From: the human T2T-CHM13v2.0 reference genome, Homo sapiens
Strand: one strand, 5' to 3'
NCBI RefSeq assembly: GCF_009914755.1
Contig: NC_060941.1
DNA length: 64,000 nucleotides
The position numbers and the translations under genes were made by a program. The notes below the pieces were generated by a model. That model was not told the DNA's origin and did no database searches. It saw nothing but the letters and a program-made list of their open reading frames with translations. Shown in pieces: positions 13,661 through 27,099 of the stretch (positions are counted from its first letter, which is position 1; every line of letters begins with the position of its first letter).

Positions 13661-14225
13661 TGTAGTATTGGTCTGGGAGGGAATGAGTGGGTGTACCCCA
13701 TCTGAAGACCATTCTCCTTTTTCTAAGAAATTCCCCATTGTCTGAATCTGGGTAAAAACCAGAACCCCAGTTCCCTTTCTAGAAACGCCACTCCTCTCAC
13801 CCTTGACAGCTAGAGCACAAGCCAACCAGCTGCACCCACCCTGGACTTTGAATCTTGGCAGAGCACTTTAATTTTATGGGGATAAACATTATTCATGGTG
13901 ACAGTGGTAATAGTTGCTGTGAGAATTGTGAGGTGTGTGGCAAAGGCAGCAGCACCAGGACTTTAGATGTGATGGGCTTTAGCATTTAATGGCGGCAGTA
14001 CCAGAAGTGTGGTACCACCAAAAGTCACCTAACGAGAATGTTCTCGGGGTGACTGTGCCCATGCTTCTTCCACCTTGGGCAATACTCATATTTCTTGCCT
14101 ACATTGATTGTCAGTCATTTTTGGCACCTGGTTCTCTAAGCTGTGAACTACCCATATCCCTGTAATTCATTTCTTTTCTTCTTAAATTGACCATAATCAG
14201 GTTCTGTGGATTGTAACCAAGAATC
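13661..14225 (+). mobile_element. Old ERVL-class LTR (LTR33/LTR41-like)
   Basis: Starts TGTAGTA and ends with an LTR33-type 3' end (TAATTCATTTCTTTTCTTCTTAAATTGACC...GTTCTGTGGATTGTAACCAAGAA). Confidence 0.5.
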
Positions 14226-14557
14226 TTTATTGTAACCAAGAATATTCTTTTGAGTAAGATCCTTCAGGAAATTTTTATTTTCAATGGCTTGCTCTCTGTA
14301 AGAAAGCCTGATTTATAAATTAGGAAACTTGGAGTAAAGAACAAGTTGTCAGAATACTGGCACAGCTTCATTGGTCAAGTAGGAGCTAAGACAGCTGATA
14401 ATCTGGTAGGAATGCCCTTTATGCAGATGACAGGGGAATCAATATAGAAGTCTTAGAACAATGGTAGAACTAGGCTTTGGTTGGGCAATCTTGATAACTG
14501 AGAAGGTAAATTTAGAATGTGAAATACAGCAGCAGAAGCCTAGGGGAGAAAGATTAC

Positions 14558-15665
14558 TTTTTTTAAAAAAATTATACTTTAAGTTCTGGGATACATGTGC
14601 AGAACATGCAGATTTGTTACATAGGTGTACATATGCCATGGTGGTTTGCTGCACCCATCAACCCTTCATCTACATTAGGTATTTCTCCTAATGCTATCCC
14701 TCCCCTAGCCCCCCATCCCCCGACAGGCCCAGGTGTGTGATGTTCCCCTCCCTGTATCCATGTGTTCTCATTGTTCAACTCCCACTTATGAGTGAGAACA
14801 TGCAGTGTTTGGTTTTCTGTTCCTGGGTTAGTTTGCTGAGAATGATGGTTTCCAGCTTCATCCATGTCCCTGCAAAGGACATGAACTCATTTTTTTTTGG
14901 TATGGCTGCATAGTATTCCACAGTGTATATGTGCCACATTTTCTTTATCCAGTCTATCATTGATGGGCATTTGGGTTGGTTCCAAGTCTTTGCTGTTGTG
15001 AACAGTGCCGTAGTAAACATATGTGTGCATGTGTCTTTATAGTAGAGTGATTTATATTCCTTTGGGTATATACCCAGTAATGGGATTGCTGGGTCAAATG
15101 GTATTTCTGGTTCTAGATCCTTGAGGAATCACCACACTGTCTTCCACAATGGTTGAACTAATTTACACTCCCACCAACAGTGTAAAAGTGTTCCTGTTTC
15201 TCCACATCCTCTCTAGCATCTGTTGTTTCCTGACTTTTTAATGATCGCCATTCTAACTGGCATTAGATGATATCTCATTGTGGTTTTGATTTGCATTTCT
15301 CTATTGACCAGTGATGATGAGCTTTTTTTCATATGATTGTTGGCCGCATAAATGTCTTCTTTTGAGAAGTGTCTGTTCATAACCTTTGCCCACTTTTTGA
15401 GGTGGTTGGTTGTTTTTTTCTTGTAAATTTGTTAATATTCCTTGTAGATTATGTATATTAGCCCTTTGTCAGATGAGTAGGTTGCAAAAACTTTCTCCCA
15501 TTCTGTAGGTTGCCTGTTCACTCTGATGCTAGTTTCTTTTGCTGTGCAGAAGCTCTTTAGTTTAATTAGATCCCATTTGTCAGTTTTGGCTTTTGTTGCC
15601 ATTGCTTTTGGTGTTTTAGTCATGAAGTCTTTGCCCATGCCTATGTCTTGAACGGTATTGTCTAG
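14558..15665 (-). mobile_element. L1PA 3' ~1.1 kb (ORF2 C-terminus plus 3' UTR), 5'-truncated
   Basis: Minus ORFs [18 protein letters not shown] and MFTTALFTTAKTWNQPKCPS are L1 ORF2p. Followed by a primate L1 3' UTR. Confidence 0.97.
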
Positions 15666-17317
15666 TTATTATCTCACCCTAGATAATCAAGTCAGTCATA
15701 GGAAAGAAGCTGCATTTGGAAGCACAATAAGCAGAATTCAGCTACTTAGAGAAGGTGGCAAGCAGGCTTGAGATCACAACATTGCTCCAGTGCCAAAAGC
15801 AATTCAGGGGTTTCAAGGAAACCAGGGGACCAGACCCATCTCATTGCCTGAGCCAGCAGATTGGAAATGAAGAAGTTTGGGGGCACAGAAGAATCACTCA
15901 CAGTCAAATAGATGCTGAGTAGATGCCAGATATATTAATTCTACTCCATTGGTAAACTGATGTTTGTACTCTAATTTTTGCAATCACTTTGAAATTGAGC
16001 TAAGTTGAGCCCCAGGTAGAAGGAGTCTTCTCTTTCATTTGGCCAGGGTTTGAGATGAAAGTGACTGATGTGCACCTTGCTTAATCAATATCTTGATAGT
16101 ATTCTCATATGAAGATAATAGAAGCTGGGCAAAATGTTCTCAGTAGACTAGGAAACAAATCCTTTTAGCATGCAAGTTTTGTCCTCTTTTTGGAACACCA
16201 TGCCAGGCCTGTCTTAGTACTTGAATACTCTTGGATTCAAGCAGGTTGAAGGCATTCTGAAAATATTCTGAATCTCACACACAGAGTTAATGTCAGATTT
16301 AGACAACAACAAGATAAAATGTATTGATATTAGGAGGGCAACAAAAAAGGACACTTAGATAACTGCAGCAGAGAAGCTATTAGTTTAGTAAACAAATTGG
16401 CTTTCAGTGGTGATTACGTCATAGCTCAACTTGAGTCTGATATAGTCGCATGGATAATAACATCGTAGCAGAAGATTCGTGTAACACTGGTGCATAATTT
16501 ACTAGATCTTGACAGTGACTAGAGACCCACAAAACTCTCATTCCTCCCATGTATTCCTCAACCTCTACAAAGCAATGTTATTTTTTTCTGACCCCGTGGG
16601 ATTCTCTGCCTTCTTTGGCATGGGTTTTCCCTGGTTGTGTTTTCAGGATACTCTGAAGGACGCGAACAATCGCATTATAACAGAAAGGACACAATCTTCA
16701 TTCATGTTCCCATTAGGTTAAATGCACCTCAATTATGTTTCTTGTCCTCCTGTTGTTTGTTGTTATTACCCTTCCTGTATTTGTTCCCAGACACCTTAAA
16801 AACATGAGTCAGAATCACTTTTTAGGTGTTGGGAAGGTGGGTAAGAGGAAGGAGAGTTGGTAAGAGGGCACGGAGAATTCTGCCTTGTTTCCTGTGCTGC
16901 ATTGATCAGACTTAAATGTTATCCCAGGATTTGTGCGTTAAATCTGTGGCAGTTGTATTTTCATTTGTGTATTTAATTGCTTCATGCATATGCATAATCT
17001 CCGGGAACACTATATTGTGATAACTCACTTTGAATGTCAAAGGACTTTTTAAAAGCCCTCAGTATCCCACCCTTTTTGCTTAAGATGATTCCTTGGAAGT
17101 AGATTTATTATTTATACAATGAAAAAAAGATCAAAAAATTATTATTTACTAGGAATATATATGTGTCTTCTCCTAGTGGGTATGAGTGAGTGTGTGTGTG
17201 CATGTGCAAACATACACAGTGTTTACAGTGTATTAGCCAACCATGCAGCAACAGCCCTAATGATATGGAATTTTACAAGGAAGGTTATTTAATCTAGATT
17301 TTTACCATTATCTTGAC

Positions 17318-17546
17318 TGGGAGCAGCAAACTTTTCCTGTAAAGGCCAGGTGGTAAATATTTTTGCTTTGTGGACCACATGCTGTCTGTGGCATGTAGTA
17401 TAAAAGAAGTCATAGACAATAGGTAAATGAATGTATGTGTGTATGTTACAATAAAACTTTTTTTATTTTTTTTTCTTTATTTATTTTTTTTGCAAACACA
17501 GGTGCTTGGCCACGTTTGGACCACAACCTCTAGTTTCCCAACTGCA
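17318..17546 (+). mobile_element. MER58A-like hAT-Charlie MITE
   Basis: GCAAACTTTTCCTGTAAAGGCCAGGTGGTAAATATTTT...AATAAAACTTT...TAGTTTCCCAAC. Confidence 0.8.
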
Positions 17547-18284
17547 GAGCTTGATTCTTATACTCAGTTAGGGGTGTGACTCTCCAGGCATATACATGTA
17601 ATAATTGGCAGAAGTTTTCTTTAAAATGAAGCTTTATTAAAAAAACAACAATAAGAAAAGGAAAAGCAAAATAACAGGTGGTTTTCAATTCACTGAAACC
17701 ATCCTCTATGATAAGAATCACACATATTTATTAAAAATACATGACAAGGTACATAGAGCTGATTTCAGAATCTGTTTCCTTCTTTAAGTGACTGGAGCCA
17801 GCTCTTGAGCTGGGTGATAAAGAGTAGCTCTGGGACATTCAAGCTGTGTGACCCACATGCTTTGGAGAGCACAGTTTCTGGCATCAAGATAATTCTCATT
17901 GACCACAGATGCTTCTTAATATTTGCCGATTTATTGCTGAAACAAGTGCAGCAGATTAACATTATAGGACTGTGGTCTTTGGGAATACTCTCGTCTCTCT
18001 ATTGGATCAGTGTTTATTTTCAGTGTTTATTTGTATTCTGAAGGTGAGTTGGATGGATATAGCAACTTTAGTTGGCAAATCTACTTTTTTCTTGAAAACA
18101 GAATTGAAAATAAAATCCTGTTATACAGAAACATTACATACCATGTCTAAGAGTATTAAACACTTCCCAAACCACACTCTCTCAGACACAAGTGGGAGCT
18201 TGGGAAGCTAATTTTAGTTACTGAATGTCCAGTATGTGTTATATCTCCTTTCCTAAGGACCCCTCAAGAAGAGAGAAGACCATC

Positions 18285-18418
18285 TAAGCCTTACTAATCA
18301 AAGGATGACCCATGGACCAGCAGCATCTACAGCATCAGGTAGCCTATTAGAAATGACAAATCTGAACAGGCTTCTCAAGGTTATTCATGTGCTCATTAAA
18401 ACTTAAGAGGCACTGGTC
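18285..18418. mobile_element. MER5A-like hAT-Charlie fragment
   Basis: CCATGGACCAGCAGCATC...TTAGAAATG...ATTAAAACTTAAGAGGCACTG. Confidence 0.65.
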
Positions 18419-20339
18419 TAAATAATGTATATTTCCAGTCATCTTACATCAGTTGTATATATGGCATGGTATAAATAATAACTGAATGAAGAAAAAGATG
18501 AATGAATGAATATTTAATGATTAAATGGACTAATGCTTCAATGGATATAGATGATTAAATGAGTGAATGAATAAATAATTTTTCCTGAAATATGTAATCA
18601 AGTTTATAAAGTGTCTTGATAGTTTTATGAAGATGAAATGAAGTGAGTTATGCGAAACATTAGTAAACTATAAAGACTTACACAAATGTGCAGTGCCACA
18701 TTAATAGTACAGATCATCTCATGACACATTAGTAATAACACAAAGAAGCCAGCAATAAATTTGCAGAGAGATGCTTCAATACTTGTATTCATTTATTTCG
18801 TGGGTAGCTTAAAATTCTTAGCCTTTATTGGTAAGAAGCATGGGAAAGTGTTCTTGAAGGACATTGGTTGGCGACTACACAAGTTATTGTGTGTAAGAAC
18901 ACTTCCAACTATTGTTCCTTCTGTGTGAATTGAAGAATGTTTTCCTGTGAGCACACTCTTTCTCTCACACACACACCCCACACATACACACACTCCAACA
19001 AATCTACGCAACTGTCAGTCTCTCCTTCATCTTGGTGTGTAGAAACATGGTATTTCCACCTTGGTGTACAACAGAAAAATCTTGGCTTAACAGTGTAATG
19101 GATTGAAAAATTTCAGTTTGAACAGATGACATTTTCAGTCCTTTGGGATGAAAAACACACATTGTTCAGTTCTGAAATACCGTAATCTTCCAAAACAGAT
19201 TGTTCCTTCTGATATGAGTGGCATAAAGGCTGATCCTAGGCAAAGTTTAGTTCAGAGATATAGATAAAACTGCATTAACTCTATATTAAAGATACACAAC
19301 TAATTTTTATAGGTTTGGGGACCCATAGACTAAGGGACAGACAGAGTGGCAAATAATTAACTGACTTACCTAGCAGTGAAGAAGAACTAGGACATTCCAA
19401 AACTTACCTTGATTGCACACATCACATGTATAATAGGGAGCATACATTCAAGGTGTTTGTTTTAACTTCAGCACTTGTTTAGATTTTATACAGACTAATA
19501 AAGGACCAAAAACAGTTCATCTCTAATACATTAACAGTTGACTGAATAGGGAAACAAGATTCAGAATGAAGTGAAATAATTCATATGAACAAGTTTTCCA
19601 GATAATTTATATGCAGAAGAAAATTCAGTAGTTTAGAAGCAGTAACTCAAAACAAGGCTAAATATTGATAAGGGCCAAGAATGGAGCCAAAGGCTATATT
19701 TCAGTTTGAAACTAAACTCACATATCTAAAATATGAATATATTTATATATAACACACATTAAAGAACACATTTTAAATGATGGTTTTGTTTTTATATTTC
19801 TGGGAAAATATTTGATTTTTTAAGCACAAATTTATTAGGTTAAGTTTAACAAATTGTTTAGCCTTTTAAAATTACATTAAGTGCCATAAAAATTTTAAAC
19901 TAGACCAAATTAATAAACCATTCAAGCTAGAAGACAGAAAAGTCATAAATATGATAAGCAATGTTAGACATCAAAATTATTCAAAGCTAAAAATAAGTGA
20001 TATTTTGTCCCTATCAACAAAATTTAAAATTGATCCTTGATCAATGCTAAAGATATGAAAAAGCTGAAAAAGTTATTGAATGTCATTGACACTGTAGATT
20101 GATACAACCCTTTAAATTGCATTTCAAAAAATAACAACCTGTTTCTGGAAGTTCTCCTAAGATAAGAAAAAAATTATAGAAAGTAGCTTAATACAACATT
20201 ATATGTAGTTAGAGTCAGAAGAAGCAAAATTCCTCACATTAGAATCACATAAATCTAATATAATATTGCAAAACTATTGAAATAATTATAATGTACCCCG
20301 CATGACAATATGAAAATGCTTAAACGTTAAAAAGATTTA

Positions 20340-23300
20340 AAAATAAAGTAGAATCAATGAAGATTAAATATTCAGAATAAGTACAACAAAAAATGTGCAA
20401 AACCCATGTGAGAAAATATTTTAAACACTATTGAAGAACGTAAGAGTAGACTTAAACAAATGCAAAAGCATTTGCTTGGGAAAATTCAACATTACAAGTT
20501 TTTGTAATTACATTGCAAACATTTGCTTGGGAAAATTCAACATATTACAGGTATGTCAGAACTTCCTAAATTAATTTATAAATCCTATAAATTTAGCAAG
20601 TTATGTATAGAGTTAGATAAGCTGAAAATAGTTTATTTAGATTAAAAAATGCAAAAATATCCAGGAAAATATACACAAAATTGGGAAAAAATGACTAGGT
20701 GAATTAGCTACAATCAGATGTAAAGTTGCCTTAATTAAAAATTGTGGTATCAGTACATGAACAGGCAAATAGACCAGTGGGAAAGAACAGAAAGTTCAGA
20801 AACAGACTGAATACATATGGAAATTTAATAAATGATAAAGGTAGCCTCTCAAATCTCTGTGGTGAAGAAAGTCTTTTTTTTTTTAATTGTGCTGGCGTAA
20901 GTGGATAACCATTTTGATTGAATTAATAAAACTGCATTTATGTTTCATACCGTATATAAGAATAAAACAAGGATATAAATGTAAAAAACAAAACAAAACT
21001 GTTTAATTTATATATGATAATATGGATGAGTTCCTTCTTGACCTTGGTATAAAAGAAGACTTTCTGTGAATCAAAATCAAAATGCAGTAAAAGAAAGATT
21101 GATAAATTTCCCTACATAAAAATGAAAAATTTGCATGCCAAAAACCACTGAAAGCAAAGTCAAAAAAGACAATTTGTAAACAGGGAGAAAATAATTGCAA
21201 CATATATCTAAGACAAATGGCTAATATTCTTTGTATTAAAAATTCTGAAAAATTGAGGAACAAATATTTTAGGGGCAAATGACCTGATATAGGAAAAAGA
21301 TATGAAATAACAATTTCAAAAATAATATTTAAAATGGGCATCCAACATTCAAGAGAATATTAAAATTTGCTGATAATTAGAGAAGTATAAGTTAAAACAG
21401 GGATATCATTTTTATCTATTGGACTATCTGACATTAAAATAGTGTCACATACAATATATGATCCAATAATCACGCTCCTTGGTATTTTCCCAAAGGAGAT
21501 GAAAACATGTTCACACAAAATCCTATACACAATGTGTGTAGCAACTTGGAAGTAATCAAGATATCCTTCAGTAGGTGAATGGATAAACTGTGGTGCACCA
21601 AGACAAGGGAATAATATTCAGTGCTAAAAACTCTCATTAATGCATTTATGGAGGAAACATAAATGCATATTACTAAGTGGAAGAAGCCAATCTTCAAAGG
21701 CTATCCACTGTATGATCCCAACTACGTGACATTCTTGAAAGGACAAAACTATAAAGAGAGTAAAAATATCAGTGGTTGACAGGGGTTTTGGGGAGGGAAG
21801 GATGAATAGGCAGAGAACAGGGGATGTTTAGGGCAGTGAAACTTCTGTGTCATACCATAATGGTGGATACATACCCTTGTATGTTTGTCCAAACCCATAT
21901 ACAAAACTAAAAGTGAACCCTAATGTCAACTACGGGCTTTGGGTGATAATGATGTATTAATGTAGGTTCATCAGTTGTAACAAATGTATCACTAGGGTGG
22001 GGGATGATGATCAAGGGAGAGGCTATTCGTCTATAAGGCAGAGGTTATATGGGGCAGGGGTTCCCAACCCCTGGGCCGCAGACAGGTCTAGTCTGTGACC
22101 TGTTAGGAACTGGGCTGCACAGCAGGAAGTGAGCAGTGGGCCAGCAAGCATTATCGCCTGAGCTCCACCTCCTATCGGTTCCTCGGCAGCAATAGATTCT
22201 CATAGAAATGCAAACTTTATTGTGAACTGCACATGCGGGGGATCTAAGTTACATGCTCCTTACAAGAATCTAATGCCTGACGATCTGAAGGTGGAACAGT
22301 TTTATCCCTAAACCGTCCACCCCCGTGGAAAAATTGCCTTCCAGGAAACTGGTCCCTGGTGCCAAAAAGGTTGGGGACCACTGATACAGGAAATTTCTGA
22401 ACTGTCTGTCCAATTTTGCTGTGAACCCATAACTGCTCTGTGAGAGAGGCTATGAGGAAATTGGCATTGCCATGCTTTGCTGACAAATATGCAACTTTGC
22501 ACAATCACTCTGAAAGCAAATTTAGCACTATCTAATAAAACTACATATGCACTTGTCTTTTAACTCAACAATTCCGATTCTGGGGTATATCTTCCTACCC
22601 TGAAGATACACCTTTAGGAACCGACCCTGAAAAATGCATATATCCAAGGTTATTCCTTGCAGCATTGTTTGATTGCAAAATATTGCAAAAACCTATATGT
22701 CCATACCCAGAAAAATGATTGAATAAATTACAGTATATCCACTTAATCAAGGGCAATGAAGCTATTTAAAAAAATGTGCAGAATCTCTGTGGACTAATGG
22801 GGGGAATGATTTCCAAATAGACTGATAAGGAAAAAATACATAAACTATTACCTTGCATATGCTACTGTTTTTGTAACGAAGAAAATCGAAAAAACTACAC
22901 GTGAATCTACTCATTTACACAACAGAGAATATAGAAAAAATAAACCAGAAATTAAAAAGTTGGTACATAAAGAGGGGTCATTGAAAGTAATAGAAAAAAG
23001 TGATAAGTGAGTATGGGGTAGTAGAGAGGAGGAGGTAGTAGCACAACTTTGTGTGTATTCTTTTGTAGAGCTCTGGCTCTTAGAATTACAGTAATATGTC
23101 ACATATCTCCCAATTATGTATTTATTAAAATCAACCACAATATAGAGCAAGAACCTAGAAATGCAATAAAACAGTACCAAATGAGTCTGACTATATTACA
23201 AATACAGTCCACACTGGGGAAATGGAGAAGACAATAACTGACATAAATAACTTTAGAAACAATGTTTTGACTGGATTCTGTAAGTCAAGAGATAAACAGA

Positions 23301-24595
23301 TCTATAAACAAATGCTCTATATTTCTCACAGAAGTGTGGGTTAGCATTTCTATAACAACTTTAAGTGTACATCATAGTCAAATAACAAATATGCACACAT
23401 AACACATCTGCACAAACATAAATATATGTGCATAGATACACATATGTACACACAAATACAGATGTGTTTGTGTGTGTGTGTGCATGTGTGGGTTGGCATA
23501 CACACATACATTTCATAGCTCTGCTGAGAGGCCTGGGAGCAATTAAACTCCAGGAACAATGAGCACAACTAGCATCCAGATTTTGGTCCCTAAACACCAT
23601 TCTTCTGTCAAAGGAACCAGGGCTCAATGCAGAAGTGGTTGATTCCAGGGATTGGGCCAGGAAAGTACAAGATGAGCTGGAACAACTTGCAATGCCATAA
23701 TAAGGGAGTTTTTGGAAAATGATGAGACATTTGCAAAGGACATAGGAGCCAACTTGAAGGGAATTCTAATGGCCAAATATGGAACAACAATCTGAGCAAC
23801 AAAACAACTAATAGTATTGGACCATAAGCCACAGGACAGAATAAATATCCATGAGCCCATACTAATCTGAATAACTGAACAAGTAAAGAAATTGCAGAAA
23901 GGAGTCTGTTGTTTGTCACGGAAAAATTCTATTGATACATATAAAAAGAGGAAAAGCAAAAAATTACCACTGGACAAACACCATAGTTATTGTTGCAGAC
24001 AAGACCAATCTACGAATCCTAAAATTGTTGAGCACATTTTTGAGAACTGAATATTTACATGGCCTCAAAGTATCTTCCTCAGATTATTTATTATCTTGCC
24101 TAAGGTACAACGGGAAAATAGTAACTTTATGGTGGATGAACCCAGCAGATAACACCTTAACGAAGAGATCAGGTTAACATCACCCAGTAAGACATAGTAT
24201 CACAAATCCCATGATATGATGCACTGAGAAGGACACAACTTTACTTCTGCCAAAAGTGTATAGCCTTATTCCAAGCATGAAAAGCTTCAGACAACTCATA
24301 ATTAGAGACATTCTACAAAATAAATGCCCAGTAGTCGTCAAGTGTGTCAGGATGATAAAAGACAAGAAAAGATGAAGCACTGTTACAGCTGGAAGTAATG
24401 AAGGAGCCGTATGATGTGGGATTCTGAGTTAGAGTATTGTACTGATAGTATTACACTTGGTTTTGATCATTTTAATATGATTATGTAAGAAGCTCAAATT
24501 AGGGGATGCTGAGTGAAGGGTTATGGGAAGATTTGGTATTAATTTTACAACTTTTCTAAAAGTCTGAAATTAGATCATAGTCAAAAGTTAAAAAT
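20340..24595 (+). mobile_element. Composite of old L1 fragments (L1MC/L1ME ORF2 3' part and 3' UTRs), with an L1MC 3' end at about 21460-22440 inserted
   Basis: Degenerate ORF2 motifs (GACAAATGGCTAATATTC, GCAGCATTGTTT) and L1MC 3' UTR motifs (GTGAACCCTAATGTCAACTACGGGCTTTGGGTGATAATGATG, GACATTCTACAAAATAA). Confidence 0.85.
22055..22383 (+). mobile_element. MER1B hAT-Charlie MITE nested in L1MC
   Basis: TIRs CAGGGGTTCCCAACC and GGTTGGGGACCACTG, about 330 bp. The L1 sequence resumes on both sides. Confidence 0.9.
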
Positions 24596-24749
24596 GAATC
24601 CATACTATGATTTATCATATCTACAGCTAACTAAATAATTGGTGTTTAACATTTGGATAAAAATTTTAAAAGAACATAGAAGAGTCAAAACAGGTATTAG
24701 AATGACGGATATTCAAAAAATACACATAAAAACATACACATGTACATAC

Positions 24750-24773
24750 ATGTGTGTGTGTGTGTGTGTGTGT
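24750..24773. repeat. (TG)n microsatellite
   Basis: Seen directly. Confidence 0.9.
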
Positions 24774-25188
24774 ATCTGTGGTTCTGGAAATGGCTAGGTC
24801 ATGTTAATCACTGCTACTAATATTTTTTTTGGTAAAGGATAGGAACATCTGAAGGTTAAAACCCAGTGAGGATTTTGGAAATGAGAGTTTGTAATTCACA
24901 GAATCACAGTATCAGAGACTGCAAGTTTGTCAGGAACCTTAGAACAGCTTTGCCTGATATAATAAGATTTTACATGAATAATTAAACACTAACCATTTGC
25001 CCTGGATCTCCTTTAATCTCCCATCTGCTGCCCTCATTTTAAGAACCATCTGACTCACTCTCTACCTTCATTTTCTGAAATGTGTTTTATGCACTCTTTA
25101 TCTAAACCATCTCTCTAAGATGCTTCTCATTCTTCTTTCAGCTTCTTCCAACCTACTGTTGTCATCAGAGAGCAGCTCACTTTCAACT

Positions 25189-25263
25189 TAGTACTAGGTT
25201 AACACCTAAAATCTATTTTTGGCCTAGAACTAAAAATAGATTTTAGGTGTCAACTTAGTACTA
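25189..25263. repeat. Near-perfect 32-bp inverted repeat (pre-miRNA-sized hairpin or cruciform)
   Basis: Arms 25189-25220 and 25232-25263 are reverse complements at 30 of 32 positions, with an 11-nt spacer. Confidence 0.95.
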
Positions 25264-25519
25264 TGTGCATTTTTATGGAGAATCCTCTGTTAGCCTCAGG
25301 TGATCGCTAGTGGTGGAATGGCAGTTGCTGTAATATTTGGTTGATGTAAATTTCTGAGGGGAGAGCTAATTATTGCATATTAGCCCCAAGAGCACATACC
25401 TCCATAATAAAAGACATATATTTGCTTTTTATTGGAAATCTAATTTTTCGGCAGAGAGAGGAGCAATGGAATGATATTTTCTTTAGAAAAAGTGAAGCCT
25501 GAGGCATTAAAGTTCATAG

Positions 25520-25829
<310 letters not shown>

Positions 25830-26279
25830 CTAAAATCAGAAAAATTTCTAAGAAAGCAAAACAAAACATCAATTTCTATTTGCTTCCTCAGAAGTAGCCA
25901 GTGCTTTTATTTTATCCTGGTAAAAAGAGTTAAGCATATTTAAGTGAAAGAGGAGAGTGGGTTCTTATAGCTCCTTCACCCACACCACACATCCCACCCA
26001 CTCTCCTCCCCAAATGCTTAGGTAATGCTGCGTGTGTAAGTTTGATAAGTTGTATCTATTTCTGTAGATAGTTCTGGGCCATTTTATATTAGATGTTGCT
26101 GACACTTGGCTACCTAGCTTGTTTGAGAATTATTTCACTGTCTGGGATAAACAGAAAGAAGGCCTGATCCTCTGTTGCCTATGATTTGTGTCATTAAATA
26201 TCAGTGCTTCTGTTCGTTGCCAAACCATATTCCCAAGATGGCATGGCATTCCTTTCTTTGGTCAACATTCAAACCTTAC

Positions 26280-26790
26280 CAGCTTCTTTGACATTCCTGT
26301 GCTACAGTAAAAGTATTCTTGCCTCAGGCCTTTTTCACTTGCCATTTCTTCTGCCAGAAATGATCAGCTTGCTCTTCCTATAACCAGTCCATTTCTCATG
26401 TTTCAAGTTTAGTACAAATATTATTTATTCAGACAGGCTCTCTTTACATGACACTCTAAAGTAGCCCCTCCCTCCACTGCATCATTAGAAGTGGTTTTCT
26501 ATTACAAAACGTATGTTTTTTTCAAGGTGCTTATCACATTCCAGAATTACCTATTTACTTTTTAGTTTTTGGGGTTAGTCTCCCCATGAAAAAGTAAGCT
26601 TCATAGGATGGGGATCATGTCTGTTTTCTCTGTGCAAACAGCAACACTGAAGTTGAAACTATTACCATTTTACAGTTGAGATTTACAATTCTACAGTTGA
26701 GAAAAATGTTTTAGAGGCTAGAGGCTGTGCCCAGATTATACAGCTAGTGACTGGTGGAGCCAGAACTCAAACACAAGCAGAGAGAATGGA
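26280..26790. mobile_element. L2 3' fragment followed by an antisense MIR fragment
   Basis: CTTGCCTCAGGCCTTTTTCACTTGCC...GTAAGCTTCATAGGATGGGGATCATGTCTG (L2), then CCATTTTACAGTTGAG...ACAGCTAGTGACTGGTGGAGCCAGAACTCAAAC (MIR). Confidence 0.65.
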
Positions 26791-27099
26791 GCCCTTGGCC
26801 ACTTTATTAAGCTTTAAGGTTTAAATAAAATTAAGGACATAAATACTGACAGAACGTGATACACAGCACGTAATAAATGACTGTGGTTATTAGTTTGATC
26901 TCGTCTTCAAAATCACCCAAGGAAACAAAAGTATACTTCATTGCCATTTAACAAATGAAAGAACAGTTTTCATTCAAAGAGGTTAAGAGATAAGCCCAAG
27001 AAAGTGGTGCCGTTTTGGTGACCAACTCATCCTGATTTGCTTAGAATTTTCCAGGTTTTAGCACTGAAAATTTTTTTCCAGGAAATTTTAATCTCTGGG

